A stretch of 64,000 bases of DNA from Diadema antillarum (Eukaryota). A program made the position numbers and the translations under genes. Under the pieces are notes generated by a model. The model was not told where the DNA came from, ran no database searches, and saw nothing but the letters and a program-made list of their open reading frames with translations. Every line of letters starts with the position of its first letter. Position 1 is the first letter of the stretch. The DNA lies in assembly GCF_040938485.1 (NCBI RefSeq), contig NW_027272634.1, positions 1-64,000 on the forward strand, read 5' to 3'. Shown here in pieces: positions 12,210-24,425 of the stretch.

Positions 12210-14558
12210 CTGGAAAGCACTGCGAACATTGAACCATCTCAAACTCAGCCACACACAAGCCACTCCCTCGTTGAACTCAGGAGGCAGTTGATTCAAACGC
12301 TTGTTGTGTTTGTCTTTGTTTCATCTTGTTTGACGGTTCATGGAAAGGGCTGCCTGAGCAAGCCAACGAGCGGATAACAATCAAATGCAGCGGCCTCTAG
12401 GAACAGGTGACCCTTCTGCCGAAAGATTGCACCTGTGCACGGCGAACAAAGTAGACAACAGAAACTTTTGGCCGGCCTCCGCAAGAAGCTCCATCTCCTC
12501 TCACCGAGCAAGAAGGACCTGCTACTTCCATCGCCCTTGAGAGTTTGTTTTGGTTTTTATCTGACTGTATGTTTGTTGGTTTGTTTATTTTTTTCATTCC
12601 TCTCCTCCCTCCCTCTCTCAACGACAGCTGTGAGCAATGCCGGGATGCTACAATTAACTTGTACTGGTCTGCGGTCACTGGATAGCTAATGCAAACAAGC
12701 TCATTTTGGGGGGTTGGATCCCAGCAGCGAATCGGCAAATCAGAGCAGGTGTTGGTACGAATCCAAGAAAGGTCCATCACCAAACACTCCTTGTCCACAG
12801 CTCCTGCTGATTCTGACTCAAGATGACTGGTATAACCTACACACGCCCCTTTTTAAACACCATTTGAAAGTACAAAAAACAGCTCAGCATTACTTTAGAT
12901 CAGATTCTTTGATAGATCTACGGTATCATTTGCCTGAAAAAAAAAGATGATTTCAGATTAAAAGCAACAAAGAAGTGAAACTTTCATCGAACTCTAAAAT
13001 TAATTGGGAGAGTGAAACCAATTCTTCTCCAGTAATCCTCAAGGTAGCCTTTTATACATTGTTGTTCAGGGATACCACATGGCACACATGAATCGTTGCT
13101 GCTATCTCCATAAATACATGTCGTCACTTTTTGCCTGATGTTATTTTTGTTCCAAAAGACATCTGTGGAAAAGCACTTGCTTTTTCATTCTCCTAAACAC
13201 TTGTAAGACCTCACTGTTGCGTAGTCGTCTGTGTCTTCACAGTTCAGCTTCATTTTTGACCAAAATGCTTCCACACTTTTATTTTCCCCTCACAAAATTT
13301 ATGTCTTCAGCTCAAATTCTCTTTAAAAGCTAGTGTGGACCCATTCGCAACAGCATTATGGTTGATAAAGTAATTCTACTGAAGAATGTACAATTGTACA
13401 TAGGATTAGGGTTGAAGTCACATGTTGCAAATACACAGGAGCAAATATACTTGTAAATATGCTAGAATCAACCTGGGCCCAATATTTTACATCTAAAGAA
13501 ATCTATAATCAGGGTTGAGTATCCCCAATACTTTGAATACCTCACTCCTATTGGTTGAGTAAGAATAGAGCTTGATTGTAATTGGCTAGATAAAGATGGT
13601 CATTTATCAGGAGGTGGCATCCAAGCTTGTAACAGACCACTGCTGATCTGTCGTGAGATCTTGATGACTGGGGAGCAGATATATGATGTGGCTGCTCCAG
13701 CACCCCAAAAAGAAGTTTCCCCTCCCCTCTCCATCACTTTAGGGATGAGGATAAAAATGGAAGCAGCGTTGGCACGGTAACGAGCACAACATCATCTCCG
13801 AGCAGGAGGACCAGTAAATCACGAACAATGGTTCATTATAAATGATTCATGGATCTAGGCTGGTCTTCTCAGCACACGTTCACCTTTGGTGATTTAGCCT
13901 GTCTCTAGTGACAAGTTTATTTATGTCCCCAAGTCCTAACGGAACAGAATAACGAGAATTACGAGGTCTGTACCTCAAGATGGTTGGCAATTTTCCAGCA
14001 TGTTGCCTGCTTGGCTTCATATTAAAATCAAATGAAAATGAAACAGAGAGAGCACAAATAATGTGCAAACTTTTAATGAGCACATCGCTAGCCTTTTCAA
14101 TCACACATTAGCTTTGAACTATACATGAACCAGGACACTCAAGTCTGCATTGAAGTTTAGAAGGTGTGCAATGAGAAATAAAATCAAAAAGTTTCAACCT
14201 ATGGTGGTAAAAATAAAAGTTGATTATTGGAAAGCAAGTGCTCTCCATTGACACTTGAATTTGAAAATCTCCTCATACAAATCAGACCCATGAGCACAGA
14301 ACAATTTAAGCTCTGCAGACATTTCAGAATATCACTGCCAAACTAAAGAATACTTAGGGAGGAGTGATGAAATGGTAAATAGGTATTCGGCGTAAACAAA
14401 CGGCACACTGGTTTACCCAGTTCAGATTGAACATCATGTATTACAGACTGAGTTGATTTATAAAATCTGCTGCAGACGCCAGTGACCTAACGTTGAACCT
14501 TCTCTGCACTCGACAACCAAGAGGAACCCTCATGTTTCTTATTTCTCTCTTTCTCTCC

Positions 14559-14706
14559 NNNNNNNNNNNNNNNNNNNNNNNNNNNNNNNNNNNNNNNNNN
14601 NNNNNNNNNNNNNNNNNNNNNNNNNNNNNNNNNNNNNNNNNNNNNNNNNNNNNNNNNNNNNNNNNNNNNNNNNNNNNNNNNNNNNNNNNNNNNNNNNNNN
14701 NNNNNN
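14559..14706. other. Assembly gap, 148 N, flanked by CT-rich simple sequence
   Basis: N run counted directly. Confidence 0.99.
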
Positions 14707-15055
14707 ATCCATCTCTTTTTCTTTCTCACAAACAACGCATAACATTTTCAAGATCTGAGCAATTTACAATGTACCTTGGACTTTGAGCATTGACTCTAAG
14801 ATGTGATGTGCGCTTTTGCAAGAAATTCTAAAAGAATAATACACAAGTACATAAATAAACAAAAAAATGAATAAATAAATAGATAACATACAAGCAAACA
14901 CACAAGCACACATTCATGAAATTTTCAAGAATATCACGACAGCTGACTTTCACTGTGGGGCAGGCTCAGAGTCTGTACGCACACACACACACACACACAG
15001 AGGACATCCCATGTCATTCACACACTCCAGCCAGTGAGGGGGGAATACAACTTAC

Positions 15056-15165
15056 TTTGGTGGATCCAGCTTGGGGTTGGCATTGGGCTCATCCCTGGCC
15101 TGAGCAGCTGGTCTCTCCTCCGCCTCAGCCTCTGTTAGGATCTCCAGCTCCAGTTCCAGTTTACC
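15056..15165 (-). CDS. MYOF: Ferlin exon, 110 nt, phase 0-2: [36 protein letters not shown]; last recognisable exon
   Basis: ORF 15052..15294; CAG acceptor, GTAAG donor; ERPA...RDEPN.NPKL motif. Confidence 0.96.
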
Positions 15166-15906
15166 CTGCAGGAAGCCAAAAATGTGGTATAAACAGTGAT
15201 ATTGTTGTCTCATGTGAAAAAGATAAATATTAAAACTAGAAAAGCACTCGCAGGGCGCAGACCTCCGCCAAGCTAACAACTCATTTCCACCCAATATATG
15301 TAGAAGCTTTTGATACGTGATCAGCTTCCAGCTGTGAGAGGCGCCTTGCCCGAGCAGGGCATATAGTATACGTATGTAAACCTCGAGTGCGCACCACTTT
15401 CATTATTTTCACAAGTATTATTTAATAAGTAATTATTTCACAAGTATTATCATTTCCATACCATTTCTCCTTACTTTGAGTTAAGAAAAAAAAAACGACT
15501 AAACATGATGAATATAGAAAAAAAACATAGTAGTTGACAACTCTGTTAAAGTGAAATAAACTTACAAAATATATTTACATTAATCCAAAAAACATCTACA
15601 TTCCCTTCACAGGTATTTCGGGAAGAAATACATGCTAGTAGAAACACGAGTTTCCTGCCTACGGTTGTATTTGTTCTCGAAGTTGATGCTTTCACAAATA
15701 AACATTATCTGCATTTTCATGTTTGACCTTTCCTTCAAGGGGAAGGTCAAGCAATAAAGTGCCCCGTGCAGAAAGGATGCGGCTTAGCCAAGCCATGGCT
15801 ATGGGCATTGGTATTCTGTCCTCCCTTGCACAAGTGGTACTTCAGGGGTGGAGGGGTGGGGGGGGGGGGGGGGGGATCAAAGTGGGTGGGGCGGGGCGGG
15901 ACGCAC

Positions 15907-16091
15907 CGTGATCTCTCTCTCGCCGGTCTCCTCGCTGATGACCGGCCACCATCCCTTCAACCTCTTGGCCTCGAAGAGAGAGATCAGGGATGGCTCCTTC
16001 TTGCTCTTGGCGTCAGGGAGCTGCTTGAGGGAGCACTGACGAGCCTTCTTGGTTGGGTTGGGCATGCCGTTCAGGTTCAGCTCGATGGATC
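15907..16091 (-). CDS. MYOF: Ferlin exon, 185 nt, phase 1-0: SIELNLNGMPNPTKKARQCSLKQLPDAKSKKEPSLISLFEAKRLKGWWPVISEETGEREIT
   Basis: ORF 15877..16272; CAG acceptor, GTGCGT donor; SLFE.K..KGWWP motif. Confidence 0.96.
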
Positions 16092-16933
16092 CTGGCGAAA
16101 ACAAAAGAGGGGGGGGGGGGGGGGGAGCAAGCACAGTTTTACAAATTATCTTCAATTTTAAATCCAAGTTTCCTTCTGAAGATCGCATGAGGTGCTTGAT
16201 TAGCAGTGTGGCATCAAACTTTAACCTGAAGCCATTGATTATTATGTTAATTCCCTCATAGATTAAGTGCATGTCACATGTAAAGAATAAAATATCATCA
16301 CAACTAATGTTTTCAGTCTTGGGCAGCTTCTAGTCAGCCTTACGACAAGTGCACCTTATTCCTGCATCTAACACTACATGTATATTAAAAAGTATGAGTG
16401 AAATGTTTGCCAATTAGCGAGGTTTCAAAATATGAACACAATAACTGAACAGTCCTGAAACTAGTGCCGTTTTATAATTCATTGGCACAAATCAATGTAT
16501 CATCAGAAGTTCACAACAAGGTTTCAAATGCAACTGATTGACAAACTGCCCTCCTTCAACTTAAATAAGGTTTCAAATCCCTTTGTGATGGTCTAACTCT
16601 TCTTAAATACACCTGTAACCTTCCTTGCAATAACCCCTTTTACTTCTTATCAAATGCTGCTTTTCTGTCCACACTGGAGATTAGGAAATATCTATTTACA
16701 CATCAAACGTACAATACCAAGCTTCATCACTATAATAACCAGCTTACACCAAAATCATGACGAATTAGGGGCATAAAAAGTAAAAACTATATAAAAGGAT
16801 ATACCTGTTTTTGCATTTAAGCTCTTTACAAATAAATTGATTAGTTTAAAGGCAAAAACATATATATCCATTTTTTTAATTCAAGATTTTTTAGATTAAG
16901 GCTTCTGAAAAATAAAGAAATTAATTCCAATAT

Positions 16934-17029
16934 ATATCGTCTGTTGAGAATGAGAAGGGCGTTAAGTTGTCTTGAACACTATGGGTTTTGTGGCAACTTA
17001 ACGCCCTTATCATTCTCAACCGACGATAT
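16934..17029. repeat. 96-bp hairpin/MITE with about 37-bp arms
   Basis: ATATCGTCTGTTGAGAATGAGAAGGGCGTTAAGTTG pairs with CAACTTAACGCCCTTATCATTCTCAACCGACGATAT. Confidence 0.85.
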
Positions 17030-17124
17030 GATAACATCAGTATCTTCAAAATATTTTTAGTTACGTAACAACTGCAGTATCACTGAAAAGATTTTATTTC
17101 TCTCTATTAAATGATGATCTTACT

Positions 17125-17217
17125 TTAATCTACTGAGGACAAATCCCGAGTATACTCAGGCAGGTGTCTAAGGGAAATGCATCTTGTAGCAAAATCAGTC
17201 CGTCCTCAACTGGTTAA
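17125..17217. mobile_element. 93-bp TTAA MITE, copy 3 (opposite orientation to copies 1 and 2)
   Basis: TTAA at both ends; CCCGAGTATACTCAGG core. Confidence 0.85.
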
Positions 17218-17257
17218 AGAATTTGAAAATCTCCGGCATTTATCTGTTTTGCACTCA

Positions 17258-17389
<132 letters not shown>

Positions 17390-18387
17390 CTAGTGGTGCA
17401 TGATGGGATTGAAACAGTTTGAAAGCATTAAGATCAGTGGTCAAACGTCCTTTTCGAATGAAGACACTATTTCTCATAACTTGCAAGGGACAGCAAACAA
17501 CAGAACTGCAAAGGTGGTAATCTTCTGGGCAAATACTCCAAACTTACACTCGAGTTTACAGTGTATTTGTACCTGGCTCTCGGTAGTGGTATGAAATAGG
17601 GGTAAATTTCAAACAACCACCCGTGCATACCTGCTCAATCTCCCCTTAGCTCAGATCATTTGTTATGCATCACATATTTTTGTTGTTGGTGTTCTTGTAT
17701 GAGTGCAGTCCTGAAAAGGAACTACTCTGGCGGATGTTTTGACCATATCCGTTATCATTGTCAAGATGGTGAGAGCTTTTACATACTCAAAATGCAGTGA
17801 GGAGGTTCCGATCAATACACCAAGCGAGCTCACAATTTGTGTCTCACTCTACACATTTCATTTGCTATTCCAAGCAGTCTGCTGAATGCAGAATCTTTTA
17901 TTGTGCCCCATGACAGACAAATTGTGACAAATTTGGGAGGCTGCTTTGTCGTTTCAAGTGAATGTGAATCCAGAATCACAGTAGATTGATATGATGAACG
18001 CATGTGAGGCAAAATTAGTGAACCTGTGTGAGGTCCAAAATCTGTCCCTTCTACTTTGAAAACCTGATCAAATCAAATCAAATCTAAAAGATAGCATTTA
18101 TACAGTGAAGTACCTATTTATGAAACTTCATCCTTACACACATCATTTCCACAGCATTTACCACTTGGCAGACAGCATCTCCTGACACACATACTAAAAA
18201 ATTAGAAGTTTTTACAGTGTGGAGTTAAGAGTTGAGAGTTACGTGTAGCAAGGCAAAAACAGAAGGAATGGAAAGCTGGTAGAAACAGGAATGACAGATA
18301 TCCAAGGAGGCATGGACATCAAACAGAGTTAACATATGAGATATCAAAGTGATTACATCGTGATAGAGTCTTTTAGATTTGAGACTA

Positions 18388-18621
<234 letters not shown>

Positions 18622-19420
18622 CTAGTTTTTGCCCTATTTAGTTGTATGCCAAAAAGACGAACACTCTTTGTGCCTAATTATTCAGAGAATGCCATGCAAG
18701 GACTGACAAAAATGAAATCTTTTTCCAGATCTCCCTTTGTACAAGTATTTGTTTGAATCACTGTGCCATATTTGTAAAATTAAAGCACCACTGCATGTAT
18801 GTGAACTAGCACATATTATCAGTCAAAGTCTAAAGCTGTTTTACCACCAGTCCCCCTGTGCTTCGTCACATTTTAGAGAATAACACAAATTTGGCACTAC
18901 CGGGCATTGCGGGGGTAACGCATGAGCCTCCATCTGACCCACAGCACCCTACAGCAATCCAATTTTGAGTAAGATCACATATTTCGGTGACACCTCTGAT
19001 TCACAAAACTGAAGCCTCGCACCATGCAACTAAATTGTGTAAATTAGGACCACAGAACTGGTGGAATTAAAACAGGACTCTGTTGCCTCACAGTAGAGAT
19101 CAAATGAAGTCACAAAATCAAACATAAGTTTCTGAATACTCGATTCTGATTGGCTAAAGCCGCTTGACTTTTGTGTGATTTTTCTGATTTATGTTTGATT
19201 GTATCTTTTTATGTTGCAGGGCCCAGGCTAATTAACGAGGTAAGCTTTTCTCTCACACGGGTAGATGCTGTCTCAAGTGTACAGGCTCATTTCAGGTATC
19301 ACATAATTATGTTTTCATTGACTCAAATGCTCTCTTGGTATTTAAGAATCAGGATGAGACAATCCCTACACAGCAGCCAGATTTGGGGGTTGTGTGATGA
19401 AAAGAAAAAAATAATGGGGT

Positions 19421-19812
19421 GGGGAGTTAGCTCAGTCGGTAGCGCGTCTGCCTCATGAATCCTACGGACCCCGGTTTAAGTCCTGGGTCCAACGGAGCAA
19501 TGTTGTGTGTAATCATACCGTCCCCTCTAGTAAGAGGCAAAACACTCTGTCCTTCGGATAGGACATAAAATGGAGGTCCCATTTGTGAGAGTGTCACAAC
19601 TCATGCACGTAAAAGATCCCGCTTCATTCATTCATTGTAAGGAGCAGGGTGTTTAACCCGGTGAAGTGGTCCCACCTCATATCCAACTGGACCCCATGGA
19701 AGACCAGCTATTGTAGCTGAATATGGGCTATCCAGCCATCTTCTCAGATGGAAATTAAACAAACAAACAAACATACAAAACAAACAAGCATACCAACCAA
19801 CAAACAAACAAA
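19421..19812 (+). mobile_element. tRNA-derived SINE with Deu-like central domain and (AAAC)n tail
   Basis: A box TAGCTCAGTCGGTAG (19428-19442), B-box variant GGTTTAAGTCC (19473-19483); core TGTCCTTCGGATAGGAC...CACGTAAAAGATCCC...GAGCAGGG...CCCGGTG resembles the DeuSINE/AmnSINE domain (from recall); simple-repeat tail. Confidence 0.85.
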
Positions 19813-19817
19813 CTCAC

Positions 19818-19913
19818 CCTTTGATGTAGATGTCGCTCATCTTCTCACCAGTGATGGAGGTCTCATCCAGAATGACATCCTTGGCATTCCAGACGATGCA
19901 GCGAACCACATAC
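19818..19913 (-). CDS. MYOF: Ferlin exon, 96 nt, phase 2-2: [31 protein letters not shown](G) (start of last C2)
   Basis: CAG acceptor, GTGAG donor; WN.KDVILDE.SITGE.MSDIY.KG motif. Confidence 0.97.
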
Positions 19914-20727
19914 CTGGGAGGAGATGATCAGCAGATTTGGCATCAAAATTCAAAAATTACAGAGCACTGAAAATCTAACCACTGCCCAAATATTAGCTTT
20001 CAGATACAGAAATTCATCCTTAACTATTTGAGTAAAAAGTACTGCTTTGCAAGGATTTTTTTCTGACTTTTTGAAGATATCAACTCATATTCAATGTGTA
20101 ATATCTAAATCAGGAATGTGATGGAATACTGTTAGTGCTATAGACTGTCATGAATAGAATCTATAAAACAGATAACTCATTCCTCGCAACATTAATCTTT
20201 ATGATACCCTTACCATGCCAATAATTACGACAACACTTTTATTTTGTCTAACAAGCAGATATTCCTTATACATGCATTTAAATCTTTACCAATGAACAAT
20301 ACAGATTTCTGTTTTTCATGACTAATGGCTAAAGACACCTATGCCTGAAGTAATATGTGGTTGGCTTTCAGCACAAGTCATGACATCTGAACATAACAAA
20401 ATGCAGCACATGAACAGAGTGTTCATCTCTTACTTTTCTATTACAGTAGTCTCCACATAATCAGGAAGTGTAGGGCACAGCATTTCTTACCGAGAGCCCA
20501 TTAAAAATGCACTTAATAGCAAGTGGAGACCACTGTATCTGAATGATTGCATATTGAACAATTGTCTTGAAGCAGGAAGGATCCAATCCTTGTGAATAAG
20601 GCATAGGTCAAGACACAGACTTGACAAAGTCCTACACTTCATGTTGATACTTATTCATACTGAGTGCTAGCATTGTGAATGGTGTACATAATCTGTGTAA
20701 TACTGCCCTCTTGTGTCCTGTCTCTTA

Positions 20728-20985
<258 letters not shown>

Positions 20986-21262
20986 TTATTTTTTCACGCA
21001 CATACATGTATGGCACATACGTTGTACATAAAGCTCTATTTCTCCAATTCACATATAGCTCTCAACACCTTGCTAAGGCTATTTTCTATTGTTCCTCACA
21101 ATTATTATTTCATCTTATTTTTTTTTGTATTTCCTTTATCTTTTTAACACAATTTATTTCCTGATCTTGTTATCTTTTTCTTTCATACGTTCTCACTTGA
21201 AATTTCAAGGTGAGGTGATTCTGCTCAAGACAACGGCAAAGAAGAGGTCAATTTCATATTCC

Positions 21263-21357
21263 TTCACCCGTTGAGTAGTCATCCCGAGTATACTCGAGCA
21301 AGTGTCTATGGGAAATGCATGTTTTATAGCAAAATCAGCCTGTCCTCAAAGAGTTAA
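21263..21357. mobile_element. TTAA MITE, copy 4 (95 bp)
   Basis: TTCACCCGTTGAG...CTCAAAGAGTTAA; CCCGAGTATACTCGAG core. Confidence 0.85.
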
Positions 21358-21401
21358 TACAGAGACATTAATCACAGAGGCAGCACAGTGGAGCCTGAGT
21401 A

Positions 21402-21494
21402 TTAACCCATTGAGAACGAGTCCCGAGTATACTCGGGCAAGTGTCTATGGGAAATGCGTGTTGTAGTAAAATCAGTCCATCCTCAACGGGTTAA
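21402..21494. mobile_element. 93-bp TTAA MITE, copy 5 (most intact)
   Basis: TTAACCCATTGAG...CTCAACGGGTTAA; perfect internal palindrome CCCGAGTATACTCGGG. Confidence 0.9.
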
Positions 21495-21526
21495 GAGGCG
21501 AGGTGAGAAGGTGAGGAGGGACTTAC

Positions 21527-21672
21527 CAAAGTCAGCCAGGTTGTACATCTTGCCATCCATGGTAAGCTTGGTGGAGCCGTAGAAGGACGGTCCCTGGATG
21601 TTGTGCTTCTTGCAGTACTCCTCCAGAATCTCGCGGGGTGTGTGCTGGTCACGCCACTTGTTGGGGCCGGTG
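21527..21672 (-). CDS. MYOF: Ferlin exon, 146 nt, phase 2-1: TGPNKWRDQHTPREILEEYCKKHNIQGPSFYGSTKLTMDGKMYNLADF(E)
   Basis: CAG acceptor, GTAAG donor; ferlin G.N.WRDQ..P motif. Confidence 0.95.
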
Positions 21673-22560
21673 CTGGATGGGACACAGGTGAGAATGCATT
21701 AGGAGTTTGTGAGCTTCAAAGAAGAAGACAAGTCAAATCAACAAGAGCTACAGTGTACATGTCAGCAGTCCCCCTCCAGACTTATGACTTTATGCTGCTG
21801 CTTCATTCAAGTATTGCTTCCTACATACTTTGATGAAAGATAGATTAATGAACGGAATAAATGATCTGTGATGTTTTATAACTTTCATATGAATTCTGCT
21901 GGTTATGTAACTTGTTGAGACAGTTGCTGGAGGGAAGGAACATGGGTGAGTATGCAGCAAGAATGTGTGAATCTCAAAGAGAAGAAGTAAAATCAACAAA
22001 GATGTACATGCTGCTAATCTTTTCCTAGATGTATGATTTTGTGCTGTTGCTCTATTCAAGTCTTGTTTCTTAGATGTAAGAAAGAGTCAAACATTGAATA
22101 AATGATAAGTGACTGTTTTATATCTTTCATTCAAATTCTGCTGTTCATGTATTAAAGCTGTTGGGACCTGTGCCAGATAGGGCAGGTGAAAACACAGCAG
22201 AGTTTCCATTTCCAAGAAGAGCAGTAAGATTAATGGGAGCTATGCAACAGGTGCCTCACTCTGACTCATGTTTTTTGGTCATTGCTCCTTTCGATTTTGT
22301 CTTCTGAAGTGCTTTGGAAGAAAGACAGAGCCCTAAAGATAAGCAGGTGTTTTATATCTTTCCCAACATCTTTAGGTCATTATGAGGCACTGATACCCAA
22401 ATATATTATGTGGATTGAGAGAATACAGCAATACTAATAGGACACATCAGTAAAGTTTGAAGATAATTGGTCCTTCCGTTGAAAAGTTATGAATTTTTAA
22501 AGTCTCTACGCCACCATCGATGGGTGAAAAGACTAAAAGTCCTAGTAAAAATTTGCCAGA

Positions 22561-22752
22561 CAGTCAAACCTCCCTTAGTGGCCAACTGTCTACAGTGGCC
22601 ACCTGCTTTACAGAACAACAACAACAAAAAATAATACCCCCCCCCCCGAGAGAAAAGCCATGTTAAAGAACCTGTATTTAGTGGCCATCTGTCTATAATG
22701 GCCACTTTTTTCCTCGTCTCCCTTGGGTGGCTGCTAAAGACAGGTTTGACCG
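22561..22752. mobile_element. Tc1/mariner (pogo/Tigger-like) MITE
   Basis: CAGTCAAACCT...AGGTTTGACCG termini; internal repeated AGTGGCCA motifs; TA flanks degraded. Confidence 0.6.
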
Positions 22753-22815
22753 CACTTTCTAGAGTCATAGTCCTGTTTTAAGGTTGGTGGTCCAGGATTA
22801 GGACCAGACACTCAC

Positions 22816-22986
22816 ATGTTGTAAGACTCTGGCAGGCCCACCGTGGCTCGGTACTTGGTCAGGAAGCGGTTCTCGAGGTCGATCTCCGTCTCCCCGATGA
22901 TGTCGTCCTTGCTGAGCAGATCCTTGTCCATGACAGTGATCTTGAGGTCCTTGTGGACAGGCAAGAAGGTCTTGACCTCAAACATC
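22816..22986 (-). CDS. MYOF: Ferlin exon, 171 nt, phase 2-2: [56 protein letters not shown](I)
   Basis: TAG acceptor, GTGAG donor; C2 D-x-D...DD-IG-ET-IDLENRF motif. Confidence 0.96.
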
Positions 22987-23794
22987 CTAAGGGGATAGGA
23001 AATTAAAGAAAAATGTCACTACAGAAAGTGATGGTGGTGGGGTCTTGGTCTTGTGACACTAAGCTCTCCTCTAGGATCTTCTATCTTTGATTTGAGTTCA
23101 AATTTAAAGTGAACTCTTAAGGCGTGACAGATTTAATATAGCGAGCGTTCGGCCGCGTGGGGAATGCTCGCGTTCCTCCTTTTGTTAGGGGACGCCCCTA
23201 TTCCTCCTGCGTGCAGAATGGGGGGTTTAATCCCTCTATTCATCAGCCTAATGAGGGCGTTCCTTGGACGCAACAGAACGGGCTTGCTCACAAGTCGCAT
23301 TCATGGCGTTCCTCTCCACTTTAGGAACGCAAGGATTATCCCAACCACGTGCTTTCCGCACACGGCTTCACCTTTGAAAAGAACAATTTGCGCCGGCAAG
23401 TGCACAATTCACGGTGGACGCCAGAATTCCACATCGTTCTTGCAAGTTAAAATAAATCGCGTGGCAAAAACGAGTGAGAGAAATCGCGCACTTCAGACAG
23501 TTAAACGATTGCGACTCCACATGCTCGCATACGCTACGGAGTAACATTGCACGAGTTCGCAAAATTCTCACGACTCGCAGTTTCCAAGCGTCATGAACAG
23601 GATTGGTATTCCAAAAGTTTTGCCAAAGTTTTGCGATTATTCACAAGCAATAATTCACAAGCGAGAAGTTGCATTCTGGTTTACTTTTCGATGACATTAG
23701 TCAAGGCTCGACACTTACGGGGCCACCAAAAACGCGCGTCGGGCCACCGAAATTTCAGAAATGAAGATTTTGGTACGATCGGGCCACCAAAAAA

Positions 23795-24425
23795 GTCGGA
23801 TGTTTGCCTTTACTTTCGAAAATGAACAGCGGTAACAATCGGCTCCGTAAGATGCTAAAATAGATGTCAGATGTTTACTCTTAATTTTGGAAATGAATAA
23901 CGGTAATATTCGACTCCGTATGATACTAAAATAAATGTCGGATGTTTGCTTATACTTTGGGAAATTAATAACGGAAAGAGTCAGCTCCGTACGGTGCTTA
24001 AATTAATGTCAGATAATTGATTTTGCCTTTCATTCGGCTCCGGAAGATGGTGAAATAATTGTCGAATGTTTGCTTTGACGTTCAGAAATGAATAATAATG
24101 ATATTCAACTCTGTATGATGATAAAATAAATTTCTGATGTTTGCTTTTATGTTCGAAAGTAAATAGCAATAACATTCAGCTCCGGAAGATGCTAAAATAA
24201 ATGTCGAATGTTTCCTTTGACGTTCGGAAATGAATCAGAGTAATATTCAATTCCGTATGGTGATTAAATAAATGTCGGATATTTGCTTTACTTTCGAAAG
24301 TAAATAGCAATCACATTCGGCTCCAGAAGATGCCAGAATAAATGTCAGATAATTGCTTTTACTTTTGGAAGTGAATAGCAGTAACATTCTGCTCAATACC
24401 ATGCTAAAACAAATGTCGGATTTGT
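23795..24425. repeat. Degenerate tandem array, about 71-bp unit, about 9 copies
   Basis: CTCCG anchor recurs near 23843, 23914, 23985, 24038, 24109, 24180, 24251, 24321, 24392. Confidence 0.9.

Noticed and set aside
12397-12798. 133-aa minus-strand ORF
   Set aside because: Runs through simple sequence, weak splice signals, no recognisable homology.
14559-14706. N run as an exactly masked 148-nt TM exon
   Set aside because: Minus-strand flanks are GGAT and GG, not AG and GT; the size match is probably coincidental.
19421-19495. tRNA gene
   Set aside because: B box is degenerate, no clean cloverleaf, and it continues into a SINE body and tail.
23164-23825. ORFs at the left end of the large element as transposase or Myb remnants
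   Set aside because: Short, overlapping, and no DDE or Myb/SANT motifs recognisable.
23795-24425. CRISPR-like array
   Set aside because: Whole units are homologous with no unique spacers; eukaryotic context and no cas genes.
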